A stretch of 21,507 nucleotides of DNA. Origin: Octopus sinensis (taxonomy: Eukaryota). Of this stretch, positions 10,354 through 21,007 are shown piece by piece (position 1 is the first letter of the stretch; each line of letters begins with the position of its first letter). The notes beneath the pieces were generated by a model. It was given only the letters and a program-made list of their open reading frames with translations. It made no database searches and had not been told where the DNA came from. Where the stretch lies: positions 1 to 21,507 of the forward strand of contig NW_021823894.1 in NCBI RefSeq assembly GCF_006345805.1, in the 5' to 3' direction. Position numbers and translations under genes: made by a program.

Positions 10354-10799
10354 TCTCTTATTATAAAAGGCAGATTTTATCTGCCTCCCTTTGTCACTTA
10401 TAGAAATCTACAATATAGGATTTCTTCAATTACAATTTACCTAGCATTTTTAAGAGTAGAATGCATCGGGTCATGCCAGGTCCAGTTTTTAAAATTTAAA
10501 CTCCAATTAAGCAAAATTTACAGAAAACTCACATTCTGGTGTGTATGTCAAATGCTTTTCTTAGTCTGGTTTACAGCACACGCAAACGCACACACGCAGT
10601 GTGCAACGAATAAATTGAAACTAATTCACTGTGTGTGTGTTGACAGGTAGACAATAGAATGCGATGGCGATGTAATATTTGTTTCTGTCTATCACGCTGA
10701 TAGATACATGAGTAAAATGTATGGGAAGCTAAGAGATAAGAGTGAGTGAAAATGTTCTTGGAAGAGAGTAAATAGCGACAGAGTGATTTGAGGAAGACT
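10354..10799 (+). mobile_element. Non-autonomous Helitron-like segment, family A, copy 2 (5' end only)
   Basis: Starts A|TCTCTTATTATAAAAGGCAG; collinear with 8134-8561; similarity stops at GAGGAAGACT in both copies. Confidence 0.55.
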
Positions 10800-10852
10800 A
10801 AACTGAAAGTATGAAACAGATGACACTTATATATAGTTATGTATGCATCCGT

Positions 10853-10880
10853 TTAACCCTTTCGTTACCAAACCGCCCGA
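10853..10880 (+). mobile_element. Possible solitary piggyBac-type terminus
   Basis: TTAA|CCCTTTCGTTACC fits the piggyBac TTAA-CCC pattern; no matching opposite end found. Confidence 0.3.
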
Positions 10881-11183
10881 ATTTACTTATTCATATTTAA
10901 ATGAGAATATCAGAGTAAATCTCTTTAGTACATTCGTGAAAACACGTATTATACTTCGTAAACACTTCAAATACAGTTTTGTACAAAAATCGAAGTGTAA
11001 TTTTAATTCCGTGAATTATGGGAGATTTTTTTCCGAAATTTGTTCCTATTGTGTTTTCAAAATTTGTAATTCTGACAAAAAATGGATACGAATTTCATTA
11101 TATCAAGCAGCGAGTCAGAATTCGAAGGATTTTCTACTGAAGACCTTCATAAATCTAACTCTATGACTGAAAAAAAAAAAGCA

Positions 11184-11579
11184 TCTTTATATAAGAGTGA
11201 AGTTGTGTGTCTGTCTCCTACGATTTAGATTCGTAACTACTCCCACATTTTGCGGTGCAGTTTAACCAAAAGCGGGTATCTTATAGTCGTGATTCATATC
11301 GAGCCCTTCTGGGTATTAGCGCGCGTCTACGATGAGTATACGATTTAAAAAAAATTTACCATCATATTTTTCCATTTTAATGCATTTTTTCGCTTTTATA
11401 TAAGGGAAGTAACTCTCTAAAAATATCTACGATGTGTCAACGATTTAAAAAAAAAATTTACCTTGATTTTTTTTCAATTTTTAATGCATTTTTTTGCTAT
11501 TTTTTGGCTATAACTCTCTAAAAATGCTTATATAGTTATTTCCCTTACAAATCCGAGCAACGCCGGGCGATACTGCTAG
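11184..11579 (+). mobile_element. Non-autonomous Helitron, family B, copy 2
   Basis: A|TCTTTATATAAGAG 5' end; CCGAGCAACGCCGG hairpin then CTAG|T; 396 bp; homologous to 9641-10035. Confidence 0.85.
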
Positions 11580-11876
11580 TATATATATATATATGGATGC
11601 ATGGATGCATGGATGCATGGATGGATAAACTGTGTGTATACATGCTCATATTTTCGTACATTTATGATCGCCCATGATGGCTGTGTTTCACATATGTAGC
11701 TATAATTTGCCTCGATATCTGTGTCGACATGGTCTTCTACTTGTGACTGTGCGCGACAGCATTTACTATTTAATATTTGAAGTGAAAATGTGAATGAGTA
11801 CATATACATCCATACAAATGTGTATGTGTATATATGGGTATGTATATATATATGTGTGTGTGTGTGTTTGGATGGA

Positions 11877-11891
11877 TACATAGATAGATAG

Positions 11892-11953
<62 letters not shown>

Positions 11954-11968
11954 TTGGATAGATGGATG

Positions 11969-12018
<50 letters not shown>

Positions 12019-12046
12019 AGATAGATATATAGTTGGATAGATGATG

Positions 12047-12085
<39 letters not shown>
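11877..12085. repeat. (GATA)n microsatellite
   Basis: Direct reading; accounts for the LSIY-repeat ORFs. Confidence 0.95.
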
Positions 12086-12086
<1 letters not shown>

Positions 12087-12308
12087 CAAAGACACAAACA
12101 TATATATGGATGTATATGTGTACGTCTTTCTACCTTTATATACATCAACATACACACATGTATATGCGCACATATATGCGTGTGTTTGTATACATACTTA
12201 TTATATGTACATATATACTTACATATATATATGTGGCATATATATATATATATATGCATACATATATGCATATATATATATATACATACATATATATATA
12301 TATATATA

Positions 12309-13059
12309 TTACGGAGATGTACTCGCATAGCAAGTAATTTGATCTGAGATCGTGTGCTGAAACGAAAACAATTGCAGCGTGGAAGGTGTTAAGAAACACA
12401 CAAAAGCCGTTCGATTCACTTCAACATTTAAGTTTAATTTGTCAAAATATTTTCGTCGCTAAAATCCGCGACCTGTTCACTGACAAAGTCCGTGCTGCAT
12501 CTAAGAAAGTAACATTTAGTTTGTCATATATATGTACGTATGTATGTGTGTATGTATGCATACATGTGTGTATGTATGTACGTATGCATGTACGCACATA
12601 CGCCTGTGTATGCATGTATGTATGTATGTATGTATGTATGTATGTATGTATGTATGTATGTATGTATGTATGTATGTATTTACATACATACATACATACA
12701 TATATGTATGTGTGTGTATATGCACGCACATACACTCTATAAAATATAAAGCTATAAACCTGTAGCGATGGATGGACGTAGAGTGACCACTCATCACAAC
12801 GCTATCAAATTTCAACTTCCTACGACCGAAGCTAGAAAGTGAATTTATGACACTTGCTCCCAAAACTATACCCTAAAATCTATTATCAGATTTTTATCTC
12901 TATATCACAGAACTAAAGTTTTACTTAAATGTTGAAGTGAATCGAACGGCTTTTGTGTGTTTCTTAAATGGCTTATAAACACCTTCCACGCTGCAATTGT
13001 TTTCGTTTCAGCACACGATCTCAGATCAAATTACTTGCTATGCGAGTACATCTCCGTAA
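12309..13059. mobile_element. Long-TIR foldback MITE (family H) with internal (TATG)n
   Basis: Begins TTACGGAGATGTACTCGCATAGC and ends GCTATGCGAGTACATCTCCGTAA; 12309-12433 pairs with 12923-13059 except for a 12-bp deletion in the left arm at 12390/12391. Confidence 0.85.
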
Positions 13060-15930
13060 TTCCGAAAGCTTGAGCCAGGCTACCAAAACTCTGAGGACAG
13101 CCGTTACTTGTTGCTTGAGAAGAATAACAGCTAAGCAACAGCTTCATTTCATTAGACACTGCATCTCACTGAAGGTTTACCCGAAAAGGATTTACAATAC
13201 AGTCGAAGCACTGAACCTGAAGAAGGGACAAGCGTCGAGACTAAAACGCATTTTAATGACGAACCTGAAGTCCGAGCTATACTAAAGTCCTTGCCACTAA
13301 AGACAAGGAAAAGCGAGATGCCCTCGCTAAAGTGAAGGACTTACTTACTAATCAAGAATTCAAACAGTTGAAAGAACTACTCCGTCGTGAAAGTAACTCT
13401 GTATGGAACAGGTGCGTACAACACTTTGAAGAGAAACTGACATGGACGATACAACTACCATACAACCAAAAAACAACTAAACAGTTTGTCAAAACTGAAT
13501 CGATAATACATGCCTGACTATAACCGTTGCTTTTATGATAAACGTGACATGTCATTCGACATGAAAAGGGTCTACCCTACCAACTTACCCTTCAACAAAA
13601 GAGTATGCATGCCACCCTATACTGACGCTGCTTTGGAAGCGAAGTTTACACTTACTAAAGCCAAGATTCTATCAGCCTTCTCCAATTACACCCAAAGGCA
13701 TATACAAGAACGATCAGTAAATAAGACCCACGACCTTAACATCAAAATTAAGAAAGGCCTTAACATATTAAAAAGACGCATCAAAAACAGACTGACAAAT
13801 CAGGTAGGATGTCTGTTGACAACATACCTAATTACATCTCGAACATGCAACCACACATCAGAGACATGACAGAAACCACAACACTCGAATATATCGAGAA
13901 CGAAAAGATCGTCAATGCTCACATGGGGATGTGGAGTATAATTTTCCAGTCGGAGAAGCGCACAGCTAACAACTTTTTAACCACCAACAACGAAATCCCA
14001 CCCCTATATGGCCTTCGCAAAGATCACAAGAGCCACACGGACCATATACTTGGGCCACCCACCCGACCCGTTTGTGGTGCCAACAATGCAAACAACCACA
14101 AAATATCATACTTTCTCTCACAATTCCTACGACCGTTAATAGAACTATCTGCGGATGTATGTGACAGTACTGAGGACCTCCTTAGCAGGATCCACGAATG
14201 CAACAACACGTGTGACCTCAAGAACCACATCGTGGGTAGCATGGATGTGGTATCACTATACCCCTCCATCGATATAGACTTTGCTGTCGATAAATGTATA
14301 GAAATAGTTAGTGAGAGTGGTATGATATTTAAGAATGTGGATGTATATGAACTAGGGCTCTTCCTGGCCCTGACGTGTACCAATGAATACCTGTCGCGCA
14401 ATAACCTTCTATATGCTTGTCCCACCCGTAACAAACGCGGTAGACCACCTACCATTACCTCAGCTTACAGGAAGACTCACTGTGAGCGCTGGCAAGGATG
14501 GACAAAGCCGGACCACCCACCCTCAAGTGCACACGATATTAGAACCACCATCGCACATGCTATCGGTGTCAGCCTGAGATTTACGCTAAAAACACATATT
14601 TTTAAATTTGACAACAAACTGTATAAGCAAACGAAAGGCGGTGCTATTGGAGTGGGGATCGCCGGAGACGTTGCTAACCTCTTCATGGTATGGTGGGACA
14701 AGCGTTTTAAACAGTGCCTAGCAAACCGTAACATCCACTTGGCTATGTACTCTCGTTACGTCGACGACATTAACCTTGTTGTGAAATATAATACAGACAC
14801 AGTTATGGGCCCTCTACCAAGTGAAGAACAGGTGATGACATCTATACAACACATAGCTGACTCTATCCACAGCAGTATAAAACTTACCATAGACTACCCC
14901 TCTAAACACCCCAGTAAACGATTACCTGTCCTAGATACTGAGCTATGGATGGAAGATGCTATGGTTAATGGTACCATTAAACCATGTATACTCCACTCAC
15001 ACTATCAGAAACCGATGGCTAATCCACTAGTAATCCGTAGTGACTCAGCTATGTCGGATACTGCCAAATTCAACATCCTAGTGGCAGACTTAGTTAGAGT
15101 AATGAGGAATGTATCACCACTATGCCAACCACAAGAACGACAACAACACATCCAGCACTACATATTCCGAATGCAACGCTCCGGATACACACAAGACGAT
15201 AGAGTCAGGGTGTACAAAGGAGCGAAAGCTAGATTCGAACGCATTCTAAGGAACGACGAAAACGGTATATGCCCCCTGTACCGCAACAAGTTCTGGAATA
15301 GGTTAGAGAGGGACACCAACAAAAAGATGAGAAACGTTACTTGGTACGATAACAGATTTCACGGAGTGATGTTCGTTGACGCCACACCTAAGAACGAGCT
15401 AAGTAAGGCATTCAAGAAAGTCCTGCGCACTACGGGCCTAAAAGTTAAAGTTGTAGAAAAGACAGGTAGGACTATCAAATCGGCATTATGCAGATCATAT
15501 CCATTTGATAGAATCACCTGTCAAAGTAATTGTGCAGTATGTTCGACAAATCCACATGTAAATTGTAAAACCAAGGGCACTGTATACCAGATTAAGTGCC
15601 AGGAGGGAGCTTGCGCGGCTAACCCAGAGTCGTACATAGGTGAGACCTCTAGAAGCATCAATGATAGGTTCAAAGAACACCTGGAAAACTACATTGAAAG
15701 GAAGCCAAACTCCATCTTCTACCAACATGCTGTAGACTGCCGCAAGGGATCCTTAGGGGAGCTTAAGTTGAACATCCTATCAACACATCCCACCGATGCA
15801 ATGTTGAGACAGGTCACAGAAGCTGTTTGTATACAAGAATACAAACCTACTCTCAACCGAAAGTCCGAATGGAATAACATCCAGATCCCATTCAGAAGGA
15901 CTATTCTATAACCACCCCTCTCTCTCTCTC
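13060..15930 (+). mobile_element. Penelope-like retroelement (PLE) with C-terminal GIY-YIG endonuclease, 5'-truncated and N-terminally frameshifted
   Basis: ORF pieces 13060-13285, 13332-13517 and 13510-13869 lead into the 700-aa RT-EN ORF; the TDKSGR motif sits just upstream of MSVD in the long-ORF frame. Ends approximate; no pLTR found. Confidence 0.9.
13809..15911 (+). CDS. PLE reverse transcriptase + GIY-YIG endonuclease (open 700-aa C-terminal part of a disrupted ORF)
   Basis: LYGLRKDHK, TRPVC, motif A SMDVVSLYPSI, motif B QTKGGAIGVGIAGDVANLFM, motif C RYVDDI, Cys-rich linker CQSNCAVC...NCK, GTVYQIKC...SYIGETSRSINDRFKEH, EAVCIQEYKPTLN. Confidence 0.9.
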   Translation: MSVDNIPNYISNMQPHIRDMTETTTLEYIENEKIVNAHMGMWSIIFQSEKRTANNFLTTNNEIPPLYGLRKDHKSHTDHILGPPTRPVCGANNANNHKISYFLSQFLRPLIELSADVCDSTEDLLSRIHECNNTCDLKNHIVGSMDVVSLYPSIDIDFAVDKCIEIVSESGMIFKNVDVYELGLFLALTCTNEYLSRNNLLYACPTRNKRGRPPTITSAYRKTHCERWQGWTKPDHPPSSAHDIRTTIAHAIGVSLRFTLKTHIFKFDNKLYKQTKGGAIGVGIAGDVANLFMVWWDKRFKQCLANRNIHLAMYSRYVDDINLVVKYNTDTVMGPLPSEEQVMTSIQHIADSIHSSIKLTIDYPSKHPSKRLPVLDTELWMEDAMVNGTIKPCILHSHYQKPMANPLVIRSDSAMSDTAKFNILVADLVRVMRNVSPLCQPQERQQHIQHYIFRMQRSGYTQDDRVRVYKGAKARFERILRNDENGICPLYRNKFWNRLERDTNKKMRNVTWYDNRFHGVMFVDATPKNELSKAFKKVLRTTGLKVKVVEKTGRTIKSALCRSYPFDRITCQSNCAVCSTNPHVNCKTKGTVYQIKCQEGACAANPESYIGETSRSINDRFKEHLENYIERKPNSIFYQHAVDCRKGSLGELKLNILSTHPTDAMLRQVTEAVCIQEYKPTLNRKSEWNNIQIPFRRTIL

Positions 15931-16080
15931 TCCCTTTCACCTGAAGTCCTTACATACAGGTTGCATTGCGTATGTGCAGTTATATACAACGGTATGAACA
16001 GACGTTGTTTGATACGAACAGTTGCACCTAGGCGTTGTATCCATTCACGGTTAGACGATGATGAGAGGAACAAACACCCA

Positions 16081-16523
16081 CCCACACACACATATATATG
16101 TGTGCGTCTATACAAACATATATGTAAATATGTATACAACCTTCAGCAAAGTAACAGTCATGTACACAACTTGAACGGACACATGCCAGTACACGGACAT
16201 ACGTTCACATACACATACACATGTACACACTCTCACAGACACATCTGCCCATTCTCCTAGACACTCACATACATACGTAGCACATGAATACAAACATACA
16301 TACATACCTACGTATGGGCATACACACGTACATACGCACGTACATGTACGCACACACATACATGGGCACATGCATACGAGCGCGTACACATACATACGCA
16401 CATGCGTACGTATGTACATACACACATACATACACACATACATACATACATACATACATACATACATACATACATACATACATACATACATACATACATA
16501 CGCACATACATACATACGCACAA
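16081..16523. repeat. Degenerate (CA)n/(TACA)n microsatellite region
   Basis: Direct reading. Confidence 0.9.
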
Positions 16524-16524
16524 T

Positions 16525-17358
<834 letters not shown>

Positions 17359-17370
17359 TCCCTTCTTCTT
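17359..17370 (-). other. Polypurine tract
   Basis: Minus strand AAGAAGAAGGGA immediately precedes the 3' LTR. Confidence 0.85.
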
Positions 17371-17459
17371 GAAAAAAAAAAGGGGGTCTCTTGGCAGTGA
17401 AGACAACTATGAGTAGTCTCCCTTGCTCCATGGATTTTCATCATGTCTTTTCTTTTTCT

Positions 17460-18536
17460 TTAGCGGTATCGAACCGGTGGCAGAATGTTCTTTCTCCATC
17501 TGGTGGATCTTCTGCTTCGCACCGGTGTCTGAGGTGTGTTGTACACGTTTTCCTCGGCAGCTCTGGTGTTGGGCGGATGTGGGCCCTGTTGTTTCAGCTG
17601 CCTACCAGATTCTGTTTCTATCTTATTTGATCTTGGAGTTTCAGCTCTACTGACAACCTTTGCTGGGATCCATGTTTTAGTTATGGGATCTTGAGTATGC
17701 ACATGTTGTCCTCCAAGCATCTCAGGTAAATGTGCATGTTTGTTGCAATGCCTCTGTGCTTGTTCTTGAGTGGCTGCTAGCTTGGCCCTTGTTTCTTTCT
17801 GGTCAATAGGAGGTTGAATCTTAGTTGGCAGGGTAGTTTTATACTTCCTGCCATTCAGCAATTCTGCTGGGGATTTCATATTAGCTCTCAGTGGAGTCGC
17901 TCGTAGGGACATAAGTGCCAGGTGTGGGTCTTCCCTAGTCTTCCGGCATTTGACTAGTGTTCTCTTCACTGTCTGCACCTGTCTTTCTATAAACCCATGA
18001 CCTTTGGGGCAGTGTGGAGATGAAGTTGCAATATTGAACCCATACTCATCGGCTAGCTTTTTGAATTCTTGTGACGTGAACTGGGTTCCATTGTCACATA
18101 TGATCTGCTCTGGTATTCCTTGCTCTGCTAGGAGTCCTCGGGCCACTGTAGTGATTGTTTTGCTTGTCAGGTCTTTCACTTTTCTCACAAATGGAAATTT
18201 GGAGTAGTAGCAGGCCATTATTAAATACCATTCTTGGCCTTCTGTGAATAGATCTACTCCAATAGTTTGCCATGGCCTTCTTGGGATGTCACCAGATATC
18301 ATTTCCTCCTTTTGTTGTGAGGTTTTGTACTTTTCTATGTTTTTCTTTTGTTGTGAGGTTTTGTACTTTTCTATGTCTTTGTACATGCTCTTATTGGTTG
18401 TCACATTTACAATGTGGTGGACCTTTCTGCTTAGTCCTTCCATCTCCTTTTTGTTTGTGATTGGTGGTCGATTTTTGATAGGCATATCACTTAAAATCCT
18501 GCTTGGAGCTGCTTTCACTTCAGTATTGACCGACAC
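17460..18536 (-). CDS. pol: Gypsy pol remnant: protease-distal linker fused to the integrase catalytic core
   Basis: PWQTIGVDLF...CDNGTQF...FIERQVQTVK with 35 residues between the second D and E; TP...SPAELLNGRK; no YxDD, RNase H or HHCC motifs. The frame is open upstream through GPAILGLD to about 18617. Confidence 0.85.
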   Translation of the reverse strand: MSVNTEVKAAPSRILSDMPIKNRPPITNKKEMEGLSRKVHHIVNVTTNKSMYKDIEKYKTSQQKKNIEKYKTSQQKEEMISGDIPRRPWQTIGVDLFTEGQEWYLIMACYYSKFPFVRKVKDLTSKTITTVARGLLAEQGIPEQIICDNGTQFTSQEFKKLADEYGFNIATSSPHCPKGHGFIERQVQTVKRTLVKCRKTREDPHLALMSLRATPLRANMKSPAELLNGRKYKTTLPTKIQPPIDQKETRAKLAATQEQAQRHCNKHAHLPEMLGGQHVHTQDPITKTWIPAKVVSRAETPRSNKIETESGRQLKQQGPHPPNTRAAEENVYNTPQTPVRSRRSTRWRKNILPPVRYR

Positions 18537-18541
18537 AATAT

Positions 18542-19765
18542 TTAACCTCCTGCAGGTATCGAGTCCAAGAATTGCTGGGCCTCCTGTTCTTGTGACATAA
18601 AATGTACACTCGATTGGTTTCCCTTTATTGTTGTTTTCCCCAGTTGTGGGATTCTGGTACCTCCGTACGCAGTGAGGACCACATCACTTGGTGTGAGGAT
18701 TCCTTTCCTGACCCTATCCTCTTCTGTCATATTTTCTGGGAACATCTTTTTGTATAAGCCGACAGGCAAGATATCACTCTGGGCCCCAGTGTCTATCTTC
18801 AGCCTTAAGTCTATGTTTGTTCTTTTCCTTCCGGCCTTCTTTTGAATTTTCATTGTCGTGTATGCCTCATCTTCTTTCCTTCGGTCGTCCTTTCCCTTCT
18901 CATGCACATCTATTATGCCGATTGCTAAGAATTCCTCCTCTGAGGTGCTTTGTTCCTGTTGTTGTGCATGTATATCCCTTCTATTTCTGCTCCTCTTTGA
19001 AACTTGGGGCTTATATCTCTGGGATTTTGTTATTCTACACATTTTTTTCCAGTGGTTCAGTTTTCCACATCCTTTGCAGTGTGTACCGAATGCAGGACAT
19101 TTTTTTCGGTCATTAAATTCATGCTCTGTACCACAGTACCGGCAAGTTCTTTGGTTGTGGGTTTGTGTCCTGTGCCTGGATACAACATCTACACTGCTAT
19201 CTAGTGGGCTTGCTTGTAAGCTTAGTGAGGCCATTTGTTTGGTAGTGGCTTCAAATGCTCTTGCAGTGTCTACTGCTTCTACCAACTGGAGAGCGTCCTT
19301 ACCTATGAGGGATTTTTGCACTTCTTTGTGGGCACACCCCCATATTAATTGGTCTACAATTCTCTCCTCCCTGTCTTTGAATTTGCATTTCTCTGCAACA
19401 TTTTTCAGCCTTGACAGGAAATTGTCTATTGTTTCTTGTGGGGCTTGTTTCAGGCCCTGGAATTCGTATCTCTGAATTCTGTGGTTTGACCTGGGCTCTA
19501 AGTTCCTCTCAAATTTTTCAAGAAGTGTATCTGGGTCATTGCAGTCTGATTCTGACATATCCCAGCTATTGTATAGGTCTATTCCTTTATTACCTGACCA
19601 TAAAAGGATGTAACTTACCTTTTCATCGTCAGTTGTGCCTTTCAGGAAACTTTTGAAAGATAGTTGAGCTTTTTGTTTGAATTTTTTAAATTCTTCAACG
19701 ACATCACTAGAATCCCAGTTCATAATCGGATGCAGATTCATCTGTACGGCGACGGGGGTCGCCAT
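18542..19765 (-). CDS. gag: Gypsy Gag with Cys/His knuckles plus aspartic protease N-terminal part
   Basis: Q...ETIDNFLSRLKNVAEKCKF capsid-type motif; CRYCGTEH...CPAFGTHCKGCGKLNHWKKMC (Mag-like double knuckle); LKIDTGAQSDILP protease active site. Confidence 0.9.
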   Translation of the reverse strand: MATPVAVQMNLHPIMNWDSSDVVEEFKKFKQKAQLSFKSFLKGTTDDEKVSYILLWSGNKGIDLYNSWDMSESDCNDPDTLLEKFERNLEPRSNHRIQRYEFQGLKQAPQETIDNFLSRLKNVAEKCKFKDREERIVDQLIWGCAHKEVQKSLIGKDALQLVEAVDTARAFEATTKQMASLSLQASPLDSSVDVVSRHRTQTHNQRTCRYCGTEHEFNDRKKCPAFGTHCKGCGKLNHWKKMCRITKSQRYKPQVSKRSRNRRDIHAQQQEQSTSEEEFLAIGIIDVHEKGKDDRRKEDEAYTTMKIQKKAGRKRTNIDLRLKIDTGAQSDILPVGLYKKMFPENMTEEDRVRKGILTPSDVVLTAYGGTRIPQLGKTTIKGNQSSVHFMSQEQEAQQFLDSIPAGG

Positions 19766-19875
19766 CTTGGATTCTTTGTTTATGTTGTCCGAAGTGTAGC
19801 GATGTTTTGTTTGCTAATTCCACGTTCGTTGTGTTCCTGTTTTGTTTTAAAAGCACAATTCCGGATTAATTGTTT

Positions 19876-19888
19876 ACCGCTGCCACCA
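19876..19888 (-). promoter_or_regulatory. Primer-binding site complementary to the tRNA-Leu 3' end
   Basis: Minus strand TGGTGGCAGCGGT directly after the 5' LTR; complementary to ...ACCGCTGCCA-CCA of animal tRNA-Leu(AAG/TAG) as recalled. Confidence 0.8.
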
Positions 19889-20103
19889 TGTTATGCGTGT
19901 GGTTTGTTGTATTGGGAAGGACAACCAGTTGAAAACCATTGTTATTATTTAACGTATTTATTGACGTTGCTTGATTATACGGACGACATTAGTGTAGTGA
20001 TACATTGTTTACTTAACACACAGTTTGTATTGTTCACTAACAAATAGTGCCAAGAGTATGGAGTAGTTTGGCATTCGCAAAACACAGATATGAATATGTA
20101 ACA
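19889..20103 (-). repeat. 5' LTR
   Basis: TGTTATGCG...TATGTAACA; one substitution and one 1-bp indel relative to 17143-17358. Confidence 0.95.
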
Positions 20104-20110
20104 TATATTA

Positions 20111-20202
<92 letters not shown>

Positions 20203-20310
20203 ATATGTATATATATATTATATATATAGATATATATATGTATATATATATATATATATATTATATATTATATATATTATATATATATATATATATACAT
20301 ATATATATAC

Positions 20311-20359
<49 letters not shown>

Positions 20360-20394
20360 CTGTATATATATTATATATAATTAATTAATATATA

Positions 20395-20452
<58 letters not shown>

Positions 20453-20455
20453 TTA

Positions 20456-20501
<46 letters not shown>

Positions 20502-20531
20502 ATATATATAATTAATTAATATATATATATA
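20104..20531. repeat. Long interrupted (TA)n tract
   Basis: Direct reading. Confidence 0.95.
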
Positions 20532-20766
20532 TCAGTGTACATATATAGAGAGATGCTCACATGCACATATGTACGCATATACTCTCATATATGCATCCAT
20601 TCATACACGCATACATTGACATACATAATATATGTACGACTCTGCGTATATGCATGTGTTACGCTGCGTATGCCAGTGCCTAACATTAAAATATTTAGCA
20701 TATTTTAAAATATGACTTATAATAAATAAATAAATAAATGTATCAACATACATATCTATACATACT

Positions 20767-20809
<43 letters not shown>

Positions 20810-21007
20810 CAACCTTTGATAGTACCGTTGGTGATGGTGGTGGTGGTGGTGATGGTGCTTTTAGTGTTGTAGTTAATCGAATTAATTGTAGTAGCAAAGA
20901 TGTTAGTCAAGATAGTAGTAGTAGTAGTAGTAGTAGAGAAAGAAGGAGGAAAAGTAGTAGTAGTAGTAGAAGAAGGAGGAAAAGGGGCAGCAGCAGTAGT
21001 AGTGGTA

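Noticed and set aside
10843-11166. 107-aa ORF MHPFNPFVTK...
   Set aside because: AT-rich, no motif, and begins in a probable transposon terminus; likely a chance ORF.
15911-16100. Hammerhead ribozyme or pseudo-LTR expected near a PLE
   Set aside because: I found no CTGANGA...GAAA core with flanking stems by eye here or at the 5' end, and no direct repeat of PLE sequence. An Infernal search with hammerhead models would be decisive.
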